Of a DNA stretch of 64,000 bases, positions 12,441-23,612 are shown in pieces. Location: assembly GCA_014905635.1 (NCBI GenBank), contig JABVCE010000017.1:1-64000 (forward strand), read 5' to 3'. The notes beneath the pieces were generated by a model that saw only the letters and a program-made list of their open reading frames with translations, was not told the origin of the DNA and did not search any database. This DNA comes from Scenedesmus sp. PABB004 (Eukaryota). Position 1 is the stretch's first letter. The number at the start of each line of letters is the position of its first letter. A program made the translations under genes and the position numbers.

Positions 12441-13625
12441 TCAGCAGCAGGAGCTGGTCTTGCGCGCCTGCACCGTGGTGTTCATGTCGAGCGTGTCCGG
12501 CACGTAGCTGCGGGGACGCGCGGGGGAAAGAGGAGCGGCGGCGGCGTGCGGCGGAGTTGGGTCAGGCGGGCCGCGGCGCGCGGCGCGCGGCGCACGACGC
12601 GCGCGAAAAAAAAAACGCGGGCCCCTCCCGCCCGCCCGCCCGCCCGCCGACAAAAACAAAGCCTCCCGCGCAAAAAACGCCCGCGCGCAGGCGGCGCGGC
12701 GCGGCGCTCACAACTCCTCCTCCGGCTCGTTGCGCAGCGCGTGGCGCGCGATGCAGGCGAACGCGGGCTCCACGTTGACGTCCTCCTTGGCGCTCGTCTC
12801 GTAGTGCGGGATGCCGCCCTTGGCGCTGCGGCGCGGTTTAGGGAGGGCGGGGCCCGGGGAGGGTTTAGGCAGGGTTGAGGGAGGGCTCAGGGAGGAGGGT
12901 TCAGGTGGTGAACGGGGTTTGAAGGGTTTGAGGGGCGGTGAGGCGCGGGGGGCGGGCGCTGCGCGCGCTGCGTTGCTCCCCGCACGCGGCCTCACGAGCT
13001 CCCCTCCTCCCACACACGCACACGCACGCGCGCGCTGTTGGGCCCTGAACCCTGAACCCTAAGCCCCCCACACGCACGCACACACACGCGCGCCCCCACC
13101 TGCACCAGGCCTTGGCCTTCTTCTCCGCCACCTGGCGCCCCGCGCCGCCGTCCTCGTCAATCTTGTTGCCCAGCACCACAAACGGGAACGACTCGGGGTC
13201 GCGCGGCTGCGCCTGGGGGGGGGGCGTGGTGGGTTTGGGGGGGGGGGGCGTTGGCGGGGGAGGGGGCGGCAGGGGAGGGAGGTGCGGTGTGGGAGGAGCG
13301 CGGCGACGGGTCAGGGGGGGGGGGGGGCGCGCGCGCGCTCGCTCGCTCGATCTCGTTCTCCGACGGTTCCCGCTGAGGGCGAACGAGCGGGCGCGCGCGC
13401 GCGCCGCCGGCAACAAGCTCGCGCGAGCGACCACGCCCGCCCGCGCCCGCGCTCGCTCGCCGGAGTCTGCTGTCGCAAGGCGGCAGAGTCCAGCGAGCGA
13501 GCGCGCTCGCCCGCTCGCGCTCGCGCTCGGCGGCAAGGACCGGACGCCGAGCGCAAGCGAGCGAGCGCGCGCGCGCGCCGCGCCGCGCGGCCCGGCCCGC
13601 GCCCAGCCCAAGCTTGCGCGCCGCC

Positions 13626-13663
<38 letters not shown>

Positions 13664-14475
13664 CCCGAGTTCGAATCGCAGTCCCGTTGCTCACAGTCCC
13701 ATCTAACAAACAGTCCTATTCAAACACACACAGTCCCATTCAACACACTCAAGCGTTCATGCGCCCGCACCTGTATGAGGAACTCGTCGCGCCAGGTGTC
13801 GAGAGCGTCAAAGGTCTTTGTCGCGTTGACGTCATACACGAGCACGCAGCAGTCGGCGCCGCGGTAAAAGGCCACGCCGAGCGACTGGAAGCGCTCCTGG
13901 CCCGCGGTGTCCCAGATCTGGGGGCGGGGGCGCGGGGCGCGGGCGGCGGGGGCGGGTGTGAGGGGGGGAGGGCGCGGGGGGCGGCCGCGCGGCCGCGCGG
14001 CGGGGGCCGCGCCCGGCCGGCCGGCAGCTGCCCCGGCCGCGGCCCGCCGGCCCGCCGTCGGGGGGCGCTTGCCGCCGGCTGCCGGCCACGCAGCGCCGCC
14101 GCCGCCGCCGCGTGCATGCGGCGCGCAGCGGCCGCATGCTGCTGCGTCCGCGGCCGCCGCTGCCGCTGCGTCCACGCCTGCTGCGCACCTGCATCGTGAC
14201 GAGCTTGTCGTCGATCTGGATCTCCTTGGTCAGGAAGTCCGCGCCGATGGTGGCCTTGTACTCCTTGCTAAACTTCTTCTGCACGTACTGCGGCCGCGGC
14301 GGCGCGGCGCGGGGCGCGCCGCTGATCAGCGCGCCGCGCCGCCCGCCGCCGCCGGGCGCCGCGCCGCCCGCGAGCGGGCGGTCGAGGGGGGCACCTGGTT
14401 CATGAGCGACGTCTTGCCCACGCCCGAGTCGCCCAGGATGATGACCTTGAGCAGCTTGCGCTTGCGCGTCGCCAT
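12441..14475 (-). CDS. RAB7: Rab7/RabG small GTPase, multi-exon
   Basis: [49 protein letters not shown]...|[24 protein letters not shown]...|[11 protein letters not shown]...|YETSAK...|TSSCC* (C-terminal prenylation CC). Confidence 0.97.
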
Positions 14476-14692
14476 GTTTGCCCGCTTCTCTGCTCCGGCT
14501 GCGGCTGCTGGGCCTGCCCTGGCGTCGGGGCGGCGCGGCGCGATCGGCGGACACGGGAGTGTGCCCGCGGGCGGCGGGCGGGCCGCAGCAGGGCGCGGGG
14601 GGCGTGCCAAAGCCGCGGCAGCAGGTTCCGCACGTGTGACGCGCTCTCGCCCGCCCGCACAGGCTGGCGAAAGAGCGCGGTGTCACACAGCC
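14476..14692. promoter_or_regulatory. Putative bidirectional promoter between RAB7 and the RRM gene
   Basis: About 220 bp separate two divergent start codons. No specific motif was identified. Confidence 0.5.
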
Positions 14693-16227
14693 ATGTCCAG
14701 CCCGGGAGCCAGCCCACGCAAGCCGGAGACAGGTGCGCCCGCGGGCGCGCCGCTCGCTGGCCCGTGCGGCCCCGCACGACGCCGGTCGGCGGGAGCCGCG
14801 GCGTGCTGGCTCGTGCGCTTGCGGGCGACGCCGTCCGGGCGGCAGGGGCGGCAGGGGCGGGGTGATGGGCCCCGCCCCGCCTCCCCCCGCGCGGCTGCGC
14901 CGCCCTCACGCCCTGGCCCGTCGCCCTTGGGCGTGCCGCAGGCGGGATGGACGACCACGCGGAGCCCGCGGCGGACCCGGCGTTCAAGGTGTTCGTGGGC
15001 GGCATCAGCTGGCAGATGAACGACGACGACCTCGCCAAAGGTCCGGCGGCGCCGCGGGAGGGCCCGTCGACGCGGCCTGGTCCCGGCCCAGCGCAGGGCC
15101 GGGCAGCGGAGCGGCGGCGAGCAGCAGCGCGGCGGCGGCGGCGGCAGCAGGGGCAGCAGCAGCAGCGGCGGCGGCCGACGCTCCGCCGCCCGCCGCAGAG
15201 TTCGAGTCGCACGGCGCCGCCAAGGCGGAGGTGATGCTGGACAAGGCCACGGGCCGGTCGCGCGGCTTTGGGTTTGTCTGGTTCAACGATCGCGCAGGCA
15301 TGGAGGACGCGATCCGCGACAAGCACAACACCGACGTCGATGGCCGCCGCATCTCCGTCAAGGAAGCCATCCCGCAGGAGCAGATCCCGCCGGGTGCGTG
15401 GTTGCCTGTCCGTCCTGCAAGCTCGCAGGACGGTGGCGGCGGCGGCTCACGGCTCGCAGGCGCGGAGGCGGCGGCGGCTCGCGGCTCACCGCCGCCGCGG
15501 CGCGCCGCCCGCGCCGCGCCGCCCCGCAGAGCAGCGCGGCCGCGACCGCCTCCGCGCGGCGGCGCCGCCGCCGCGGTACGACCGCGGCTACGACAGGTGC
15601 GCCGCGCCCCGCGGCGTCTGCCGCCGCGGCCGCCGCCCCCGCCCCCCGTCGACGCGCGCTCACACCGCCGTGCGCGCCGCCGCCGCTGCCCGCGCAGCCG
15701 CGGCTACGACCGGGGGTACGACCGGGGGTACGACCGCGTCTACGACCGCGGCGGCTACGGCGGCGGCTACGGCGGCGGCGGCTACGGCGGCGGCGGCTAC
15801 GGGTGCGGCGCGCGGCGCACGGCGCGGCGCGGGGGGCGGCCGCGGCGCGCGGCGCCGCGCGTGTGCCGTCGCGCCGCCGTGCAGAGCGCCCCGACGCCCC
15901 AGCTCACGCCGCCCGGGCTCACGCCGCCGCCGCTGCCGCCCGCCCGCCCGCCCGCCGCGCAGCGACTACTACGCCCGTGACCCGTATGGCGGCTACGGCG
16001 GCGGCGGCTACGGCGCGCCGCCGCCGGCGTACGGCGACGCGCGCGGCGGGTACGACAGCCGCGGCCCGCCCGGCTATGGCGGCGGCGGCAGCTACGGCGG
16101 CGGCTACGGCGCGCCGCCGCCCGACCGCGGCGGCTACGGCAGCGGCGGCTACGGCCCCGAGCGCGGCGCGCCGCCGCGCGGCTACGGCGCGCCGCCGCCG
16201 CGCGCTGGGCCCTACGACCGGCGGTAG
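14693..16227 (+). CDS. Glycine-rich RNA-binding protein (single RRM plus YGGG/YDRG tail), multi-exon
   Basis: RNP2 KVFVGGISW and RNP1 GRSRGFGFV, then [10 protein letters not shown] and Gly/Tyr/Arg repeats. Exon 1 (14693-14732) splices in frame to 14942. Confidence 0.92.
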
Positions 16228-17865
16228 GGCGGCGGCGGGCATGTCATCGGGAGCCGGCGCGACGCGGCGGGTCGCCGGCGGCAGCGCACTCGGAGCGCCG
16301 GCGCGACGCGGCGGGTCGCCGGCGGCAGCGCACTCGTAGCGCCGGCGCGGCGCGCCAGGAACAGCCGCCGCCGGCGCGCCGCGGCGGCGGGCTGCGCGCG
16401 GTGAGCAGCGCGGCGCCCCAGCCCCGCGGACGGCGCCGGGGATCGCGGGGAGCGGCAGAGGGTGGGGCAGTGCGGCGCCGGCAGAGCGGCAGGCGCGCCC
16501 AGCGCGCGGGGCTGGCAGCGGGGCCGCGCGCCCGGCCGCCGCCCGCGCGCACGCGGGGCCAGCGCGTGCGTGGTCCACTGACGCGTCGCAGCAGTGTGGC
16601 TGCGCACGCGCTGGCCCCGCGCGCGCGCAGCGGTGTGGCGGCGTCGCGCACAGCGGGCAGGCGGCGGCAGGCAGGCAGGGCCCTTGCACAGCGCGGCCGG
16701 CGTGCGTTGCGTGTCTCCCGACTGTCTGCTGCTGCACCTGGGGGCGGCGGGGCGGGGTGCGCGCAGCTGCAGGCGCAGCCGCAGCGCAACTGGGCGCGGG
16801 GGGTCGCACAGCGCAGCGCGCAGCGCGCGGGCCGTGCGGCCAGGTTGTGTGCAGTGGCGGCGCGCACAGTGCAGTGGCGGGCGCGCACAGTGCAGTGGTT
16901 CTTTTGCAGCGTGCACGGCGCAGCACGCGTCAGCGGTGTGCGCCAGGCCGCAGCCGGCAGACGGGTCAGGGTAACAGCCTCACCTCTGCACCAGCCGCAG
17001 CGGCCTGTGCGCGCAGCCGGCAGCCGGGGCGCTGCCTGCCGTCTCCCTGCCCAGGTGAGTGGGGCGCGGCGCGCGCGGGCGGCGGCGGCGCCGGGGCGCG
17101 CGCGCGGCCGCCACAAGGCGAGGGCTGGGCGCGGCGGCGCCGGGGTGCGCGGCGCGGCGGCGTGCGGTGGCAACCGAGCGGCGTGTGGCCGATCGCGCGC
17201 CCGCGCTCGCCGAGGCGCTCAAACCGCTGAAGCCTGCGCCGCCGCGGCCGCGGAACGGGCGTGAGCCGCAGCTGCCGCTGGCCACATCGCGCCCCTCCGC
17301 GCCGCTCGGCACGCCATTTGCGGTCACGACACCGCGCACGCCCCGGTCCAGCGCATTGCGAGCCGCGGCGGCCTCGCGGGACGCGGCAGCGAGCTCCACC
17401 CGCGACGCGACAGGGCGGCGCGTGCAGCGATCAGCGCAACACACCCCCGGCGCGATACAGGCGAGGCCCGGGGGCGCCCGGCAGCGCCGCGGCGCGGCAC
17501 TGGCCGTGCGGGCTGCCGCGCCCTCTCGCCACGCCCCCGCGCCCGGCCAGGCGGCGCCGGCGTGCCCAGCTGCCCGGGCCTCCGCGCTGCCGCCGGCCAC
17601 GGCGGGCGGCCCACCGACGGCCGCGCCGCCGCTGCTGCCGCTGCCGCGCGGCGCTCGCTGCTGCCGCGCGCTGCTCGCAGGGGCGCGTCGAGCGGAGCCG
17701 GCCAGGCAGCAGGCCCAGCCCACCAGCCTCTTCTCCTCTTCCTGCTCCAGCGGCGGCGAGCCCGCGCGGCGCGCGCGGCGGCCCCGGCGCACAGAGGCAC
17801 CGCCGCTCCGCGGCGCGGCAGCGCGGCAGCGCGGCAGCGCGGCAGCGCGGCAGGCGGGCAGCAGC

Positions 17866-19963
17866 ATGGACGCCGCCGGCGTGGCGGTGCCGGGCGGCGG
17901 CGGCGGGCGCGGCGCGTTCATCACCGACGTGAGCGACGCGCTCATCGCGCTGAGCTATGGCGTCATACCATTCCAGGCGCGGCGGCGGGGGCGGCGCTGC
18001 GCGGCAGCAGCCCGGCGCGGCGGCGCGGCGCAAAGCGGCGGCGCGGCAGCAGCGCGCCGCGGCGCGGCAGCGCGGCAACGAGCGGGCGGCGCCGCGCACA
18101 GCAGCACAGCGGCGCAGCTCGGGCGGCACCGAGCTCGGCCCCCCTCCCCTCTGTCCCCGCCGCCCAGGTGCTGTACTTTTTCTGGCGCCTGCGCTCCCGC
18201 CGCGCGCACTGGGTCGTCGGGGGCCTCTTTGCCAGCTTCATCTTCCTCTGTGCCATGACCCACCTGCTCAACGTGCTCGGCATGGTGCGGCGGCGGTTTA
18301 GGGCTTGATTGCTCGGTCGAGTCTGGGGCACGCGGGCGCTGCGCGCGGGATCTGTCGGGCGTGTGGGCTGCGGCTGCAGCGTCTTCGCTGCTGAGCGCGA
18401 GCGGCGCGGGCGGCGCGCGCCGCCGCCGGGCCGCCGCCCGCTGAACCCCGCCCGCCCTCTGTTCGGCCCCGCCGCCCTCGCTCAACCCGCCCCGCCGCGC
18501 CGCGCCCCGCGGCCCAGGTGCCGCTCAACACGTGGTTCAAGGCCGCCGACGCCGCGGTGTCGGTCGCGACGGTTCTCACGCTTTTCCACCTGCTGCCCAA
18601 GGTGCGGCCGTCAGCGGCGGTCAAAGAAACACTGCCTGTTATTGTTGTTATCTGTCTGTTATTGTTGGAATGGAGTGTCTCGACTGACTGGCTGTCTATG
18701 GTTTGGTGGTCTGACGCGGGGTGGTGGGCGCGTGTCGTGAGATGCGACGCGCGCTGTGGGAAGGGGTGGAGTCGGAGCTGACGCGTCGCCCGCCGCGCCG
18801 CCGCCGCCGCCGCGCCGCGCCGCGCCGTCGCACTCGCGGCGCCCAGATCCTCGCGTGGCTGAAGACCGTGGAGGAGCACAACCGCTGCGAGGCAAACATG
18901 GTGAGTGAGGGCGGCGCGGCGCGGCGCGGCGCGGCGGGGGCCCGCGGGGGCGCGACCCACGGCTCGGGGCGAGCGCGGCGCGGCGCGCGCCCGCCCGGCC
19001 GCGTCTGCGCGCGCGGCGGCGCTGCACGGATGTCAGCTCCTGCAGGAGTTGCTCCCGAGGCAGCGCCGCCGCGCCCGCGGGCGCGGGGCCCGCGGCGCCG
19101 CGCGCTCGCGGGGCGCCGCGCCGCGCCGCGCCGCCCCGGCCGTACGCGGCGGGCCGCTCACGCGCCGCCCGGGCGCCGCGCGCCGCACCGCCCTGCACGC
19201 CCAGGTCACCTTTTTCACGAGCGTGCTGCTGCCGCGCACGGGCAGCCGGTCCGCGCAGCTCCTCGCCGTCGCGCGGAGCCTGCGCCACATCCTCGGCAGC
19301 GACGCCATCGCCGTTGTGCAGCGGTGCGGCGCGGCGCGGCGCGGCGCGGCGCGGCGCGGCGGCGCGGGGCGTGGGGCGCAGCAGTAGAGCCTCGGGGCTC
19401 GCCGGCCGCGGGCTCGAGGGCGCGCGGCGCGCCGCTCTTGGCTCGGCGCCCCTGCGCCGCCGCGACCCACCCCGCCGCCGACGCCGCCGCCGCCGCCGCG
19501 GCCGCCGCCGCGCCGCCGCCGGCGCAGCTCCGCGTCTGCGCACGACCCGCTGTCGATGCGCGCGGTGCCGCTTGACTGGGAGTACGTGGCCCTGCTGCCG
19601 GCGCCGATCGCCGACGCCAACCGGCTCTTCATGGAGCAGGTGCGGGGCTGTTAGTTGGCTTTGTTGTTTCACATTTTGAACGCATGTTACTCGTCATCTG
19701 ACACATTTGAGTGTGAAGCGTCCCGCCCGCGCCGGCCGCGGGCCCGGGCCCCGGCCGCGCCGGCGCCCGACCGCCGCCCCGCCGCTGCTGCGCCCCGCCG
19801 CCCCGCCGCCGCCCCGCCGCCGCCCTCCCCTCGCCGGCAGGTGTCCAACTACGTCAAGTCGCTGCGCCCCTCGGCCGACGCGCCCGACGGCGCGCCCGCC
19901 GGCGCGCCCGGCGGCGCCGCGCCCGGCGGCGGCGCGGACACGGCGCTGCTGATCAACATATGA
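17866..19963 (+). CDS. ETR1-type ethylene-binding-domain membrane protein of about 240 aa, without histidine kinase or receiver
   Basis: Exons 17866-17976, 18168-18284, 18518-18601, 18847-18900, 19205-~19323, ~19528-19639 and 19841-19963 give SDALIALSYGVIPFQ|VLYF...FASFIFLCAMTHLLN...|FKAADAAVSVATVLTLFHLLPK|IL. This matches ETR1 TM1-3 (SDxxIAxAYFSIP; FIVLCGATH; KxxTAxVSxATA...P). Confidence 0.85.
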
Positions 19964-21338
19964 CGCGCGAGGGGGGTGGTGCAAGGCGTGCGGGGGTGGA
20001 GATGGCCGCGGGGGCGAGCCGCGGCGGCCGCGGGGCCGGCAGCAGAGAGGCTGCCGCCTGGGGGCGCGCTGCGGCAGTCAAGGGGGGCGGCGGGAGGCCC
20101 GCGCGGCGCCGGGGCCGCCGGCCGCGCGGGGCAGCCGGCGCGGCGGCCGCGCATGCGCAGCGCCCGCCACGCTGCGCCGTGCGGCGGCGGCGCGGCGAAT
20201 AACGGTCGCCGTCGCGGGGGCGCCGGCGGCTGGTGCCGCCGGCCAGCCCCGCGCCGCGGAGGGCACTCGGGGGAGGGGAGGGGCTCGGGGGGCGTTGGGG
20301 AGGGAGGCTCGCCTGCTGTTTTTGGGAGGAACTCTCATCTTTGCGTATGAGTCTGCTTTGCCGCCTGCAAATGCTGCTGTCAGGGGCGCGCGGCGCGGGC
20401 GGCGCGCCGCCCACGGGGCGCCGCCAGCGCGGGCGCCCGGCACTTGGTCTGCCGCGTCGCCGCGCCCCCCTGCGGGCGCGCGGGGCGCGTCGGCGCGCTG
20501 CCAACCACACACACACCACACAGCACCACAAACCACGCCTTGGAGAGCACCGTCACCGGGACACCGCCACCCCAACCACTGCGCACCACTCTGGCGAGGT
20601 TCGCCACGCCTCCACGCGACGCGCCTGCACGCACGCGGCGCGCGCCGCACGCGCGCGCCGTGCGGGGCCCCTCTCTCGCCCCGCGGCGGCGGCGCGGCTG
20701 CGCGGGCAGCCGCGCCGCCGCGCGCGGGCGCATCACTGCGACTGCTCGGGGCCGGCTGCCGCGCGGGCGCGGCGGCGGCGGCCGTCACTAGACACTTGGT
20801 GCACGGCTGCTGCGCAGCGCAGGCGGCCGCGTGCTGCGGGCGCGAGTTGGCGGCTGTCTCCCGCCCCACGTCGCCGCGCTTGGCCTCACCGCCGTCGTTG
20901 CACGTTGAGTTGGTGACGCGACCAGCCGGCTCAGCGCGGCGCCCGGCAGCGATCGATCGATCGGGGTTCGCCGCCGGCGGTCAGAGTCTTGCGCCCCAAG
21001 TGCGTCGCACCGAAGCGACGACCCCCGGCACGGAGCGCGGCAGCAGCAGCGGCAGCAGCAGCGGAGCGCCAGCTTCACGACCCGCCGCCGCCTCCTTCGC
21101 GCCCGCGCCTACGCGCCCGCGGAAGAGCTTTCGTGCCACATTGACCGCCTGAACGCGCCACAGCCGCGCGCACGCGCCACGCAGGCAGGCCGGGGGCGGC
21201 GCCAGTAGCGCGGGGTCGCCAGTGCCGCCGCCGCGCAGGCGCCTCCGCGAGGCCGCGGCGGCGTGCGCTGGTGACGTCTCTGGTGACGTTGCTGGCGACG
21301 TAGTTGGCGTCGCTGGCGAGCCCGGCGCCAGCGGCACC

Positions 21339-23186
21339 ATGAGCGCCCTCGAGGTGCTGCTGGCGTGGCGGCCGGACCAGGCCCTGCGGGCCGACTGGTC
21401 GGCGTGCGGCACGCGCGGCGGCGGCGGCAGCCCTGCGCAACGTCAGGGCCAGGACTGCTGGCCCGAGCACGGCAGCGGCGTCGGCGGCCGCGGCTGGCAG
21501 CAAGCGGCGGCGCCTGGCGGCGGCAAGGTGTGTGTGCTTGGTCGCACGCAGGGCCAGCCGGTGCGGTGGAGCCGTTGCGCCAGCCCTGGCCCTGACGCTG
21601 TGCACACGCCTCACCCGCCGACAGGGCCGTGACGCGCTCATGACGGCCATCAAGGAGGCGTCCACCCTGGCGGAGCTGCGGCAGCTGGCGGAGCAGCACG
21701 CGGGCAGCCTCAACCACATCCACCTGGCGGCGACGGCCACGCAGCTCGGCCAGTGGGTGCGGCGCGGCGTCATCCGCACCAGCGGCGACCAGGCCGCGGC
21801 GCAGCAGCTGCTGCGGCGCGTGGAGGAGCAGCTGCTGCAGCCGGCGCTCCTGCTGGCGTGTCGCTGCCGGGAGCTGTCCAACGTGGTGTGGGCGGCCGGC
21901 GTGTGTGGCTACGACGGGCCGCTGCTCACGGCCTGCCTGGCGCGGTTCCTGGCCCCTGAGCAGCTGCGCGGCGCCAACGCCCAGGACCTGGCCAACGCGG
22001 CGCACGGCGCGGCCACGGCTGGCGTGGCGCTGGAGCAGGGCGACGTGCAGCGGCTGCTGGCGGCGCTGGAGCGGCAGCTGGGCACAGCCAACCCCCAGGA
22101 CGTGGCCAACACGCTGTGGGCGCTGGCAACCATGGGCCGCGAGGTGCCGCAGCCGCAGCTGGAGCAGCTGCTGACGGCGCTGGAGCGGCAGCTGGGCGCG
22201 GCCAAGCCCCAAGAACTGGCCATCACGCTGTGGGTGTGCGGGCAGCTGCGTCACCTGCCGTCCCAGCTGCTCGCGGCACTGTCGCAGCAGCCGGATGATC
22301 TGGAGCGGCTGTTGGTGGCCAGCAACGCGCAAACTCTGGCCAACATGGCCCTGGCCTGCGCCAAGCTGGGCCACGCGGACGAGCGGCTGCTGGGCCCGCT
22401 GCTGCGGACGGCGGCGGCGCAGGTGCAGGCAGACGCCAGCTTGTCAGGGCAGGACCTCGCCAACACCTGCTGGGCCGTGGCGGTCCTGGACCTGCAGCAG
22501 TGCGCAGGCGAGCTGGCGGTGCTGGCGCGCGCCGCCAGCGAGCAGTGGAGCAGCACAGCACCTGAGGATCTGCGCCAGCTGCACCAGGTGCAGCTGTGGG
22601 CGACGGACTGCAGCCTGCAGCTGCCGGGCAGCGGCGGGGTGCCGGGGCTGGCGGGTGCGCTGGCACCGCAGCAACTGGAGGCCTGCCGCGCAGCGTGGGC
22701 CGCGTCGCTGGCGGTGACGCAGCAGCAGCAGCCCGGCCAGTTCCAGTGCGAGGTGTATGCCGCACTGCAGCGCCTGCCGCTGGACTGGGCGGCGCCGCCG
22801 GCGATGGAGCAGCTGGCGGCGCCGGACGGCGCCTGCCTGGTCGACATCACCGCCACGACGGCGGGCGGCGCGCGGCTGGCGGTGGAGGCGGACGGGCCCA
22901 CGCACTTCAGGACGCCTGGCCGCGGCCTCATGGGGGAGACGCTGTTCAGGTGCGGGCGCTGCCGCGGCGGCGCTCCGCTGGCCAGCCCTCATGCGCGCCC
23001 ACAAGCAGGCAGGCCCGCTCACGCGCTGCCGGCCCGCCTGCCGCCGCGCGCAGGAACCGGGCGCTGGTGGCGCGCGGCTACTCGCTGGTGGTGGTGCCGT
23101 GGTTTGAGTGGGCAGAGCTGCACAGCGCGGAGGAGCGGCAGCGCTGCCTGGCCGGCTGCGTCAAAGCAGTGCTGGCGTGGCGGTAG
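21339..23186 (+). CDS. OPR-RAP protein copy 2 (1 core repeat), intact ORF; exons 21339-21527, 21625-22949, 23054-23186
   Basis: Highly similar to copy 1 with the same two intron positions. RAP motifs LAVEADGPTHF and RNRALVARGYSLVVVPWFEW. Confidence 0.85.
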
Positions 23187-23612
23187 GCGTTCGGCCGTGG
23201 GCACGGCACGGCGACTGAGCGCTTGCAGGCGTGCGAAAGCGAGCGCGGCGCGCGCGACACTGCAACAGGCTGGTCGTGCCCGGTTGGTTGCTCAGGCCGA
23301 CCGCGCGAGCCTCACCGCCCAGGGCCGCCGCCAGCAATGGTGTCGGCCTGCCCCCCGCGCGCGCGTCGCAGCCTGCAGGGGAGTGTCATGTGATGTGAGT
23401 CGCTCGCTTGATCAAATCAACAGTGATCCACAGTGCTCGGTGCAGTCGCCAGGAGGCGCGCCGGCGGCGGCAGCAGCCTCGTCGCCCCTCCCTCCCTCCC
23501 TGCGCCCGCCCGCCCGCCCAGCCTCCATCCAGCCTGGGACGACCGAGCTGCGGCCGCGCGCGCGGCCCGCGCCGCCCCGCCAGCCCATCATCTCTCTGAT
23601 CACCTCGTCAGC

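Noticed and set aside
20000..21300. Possible kinase exons continuing the ethylene-binding gene
   Set aside because: No H-box, HATPase or receiver motif is recognisable in the translations provided.
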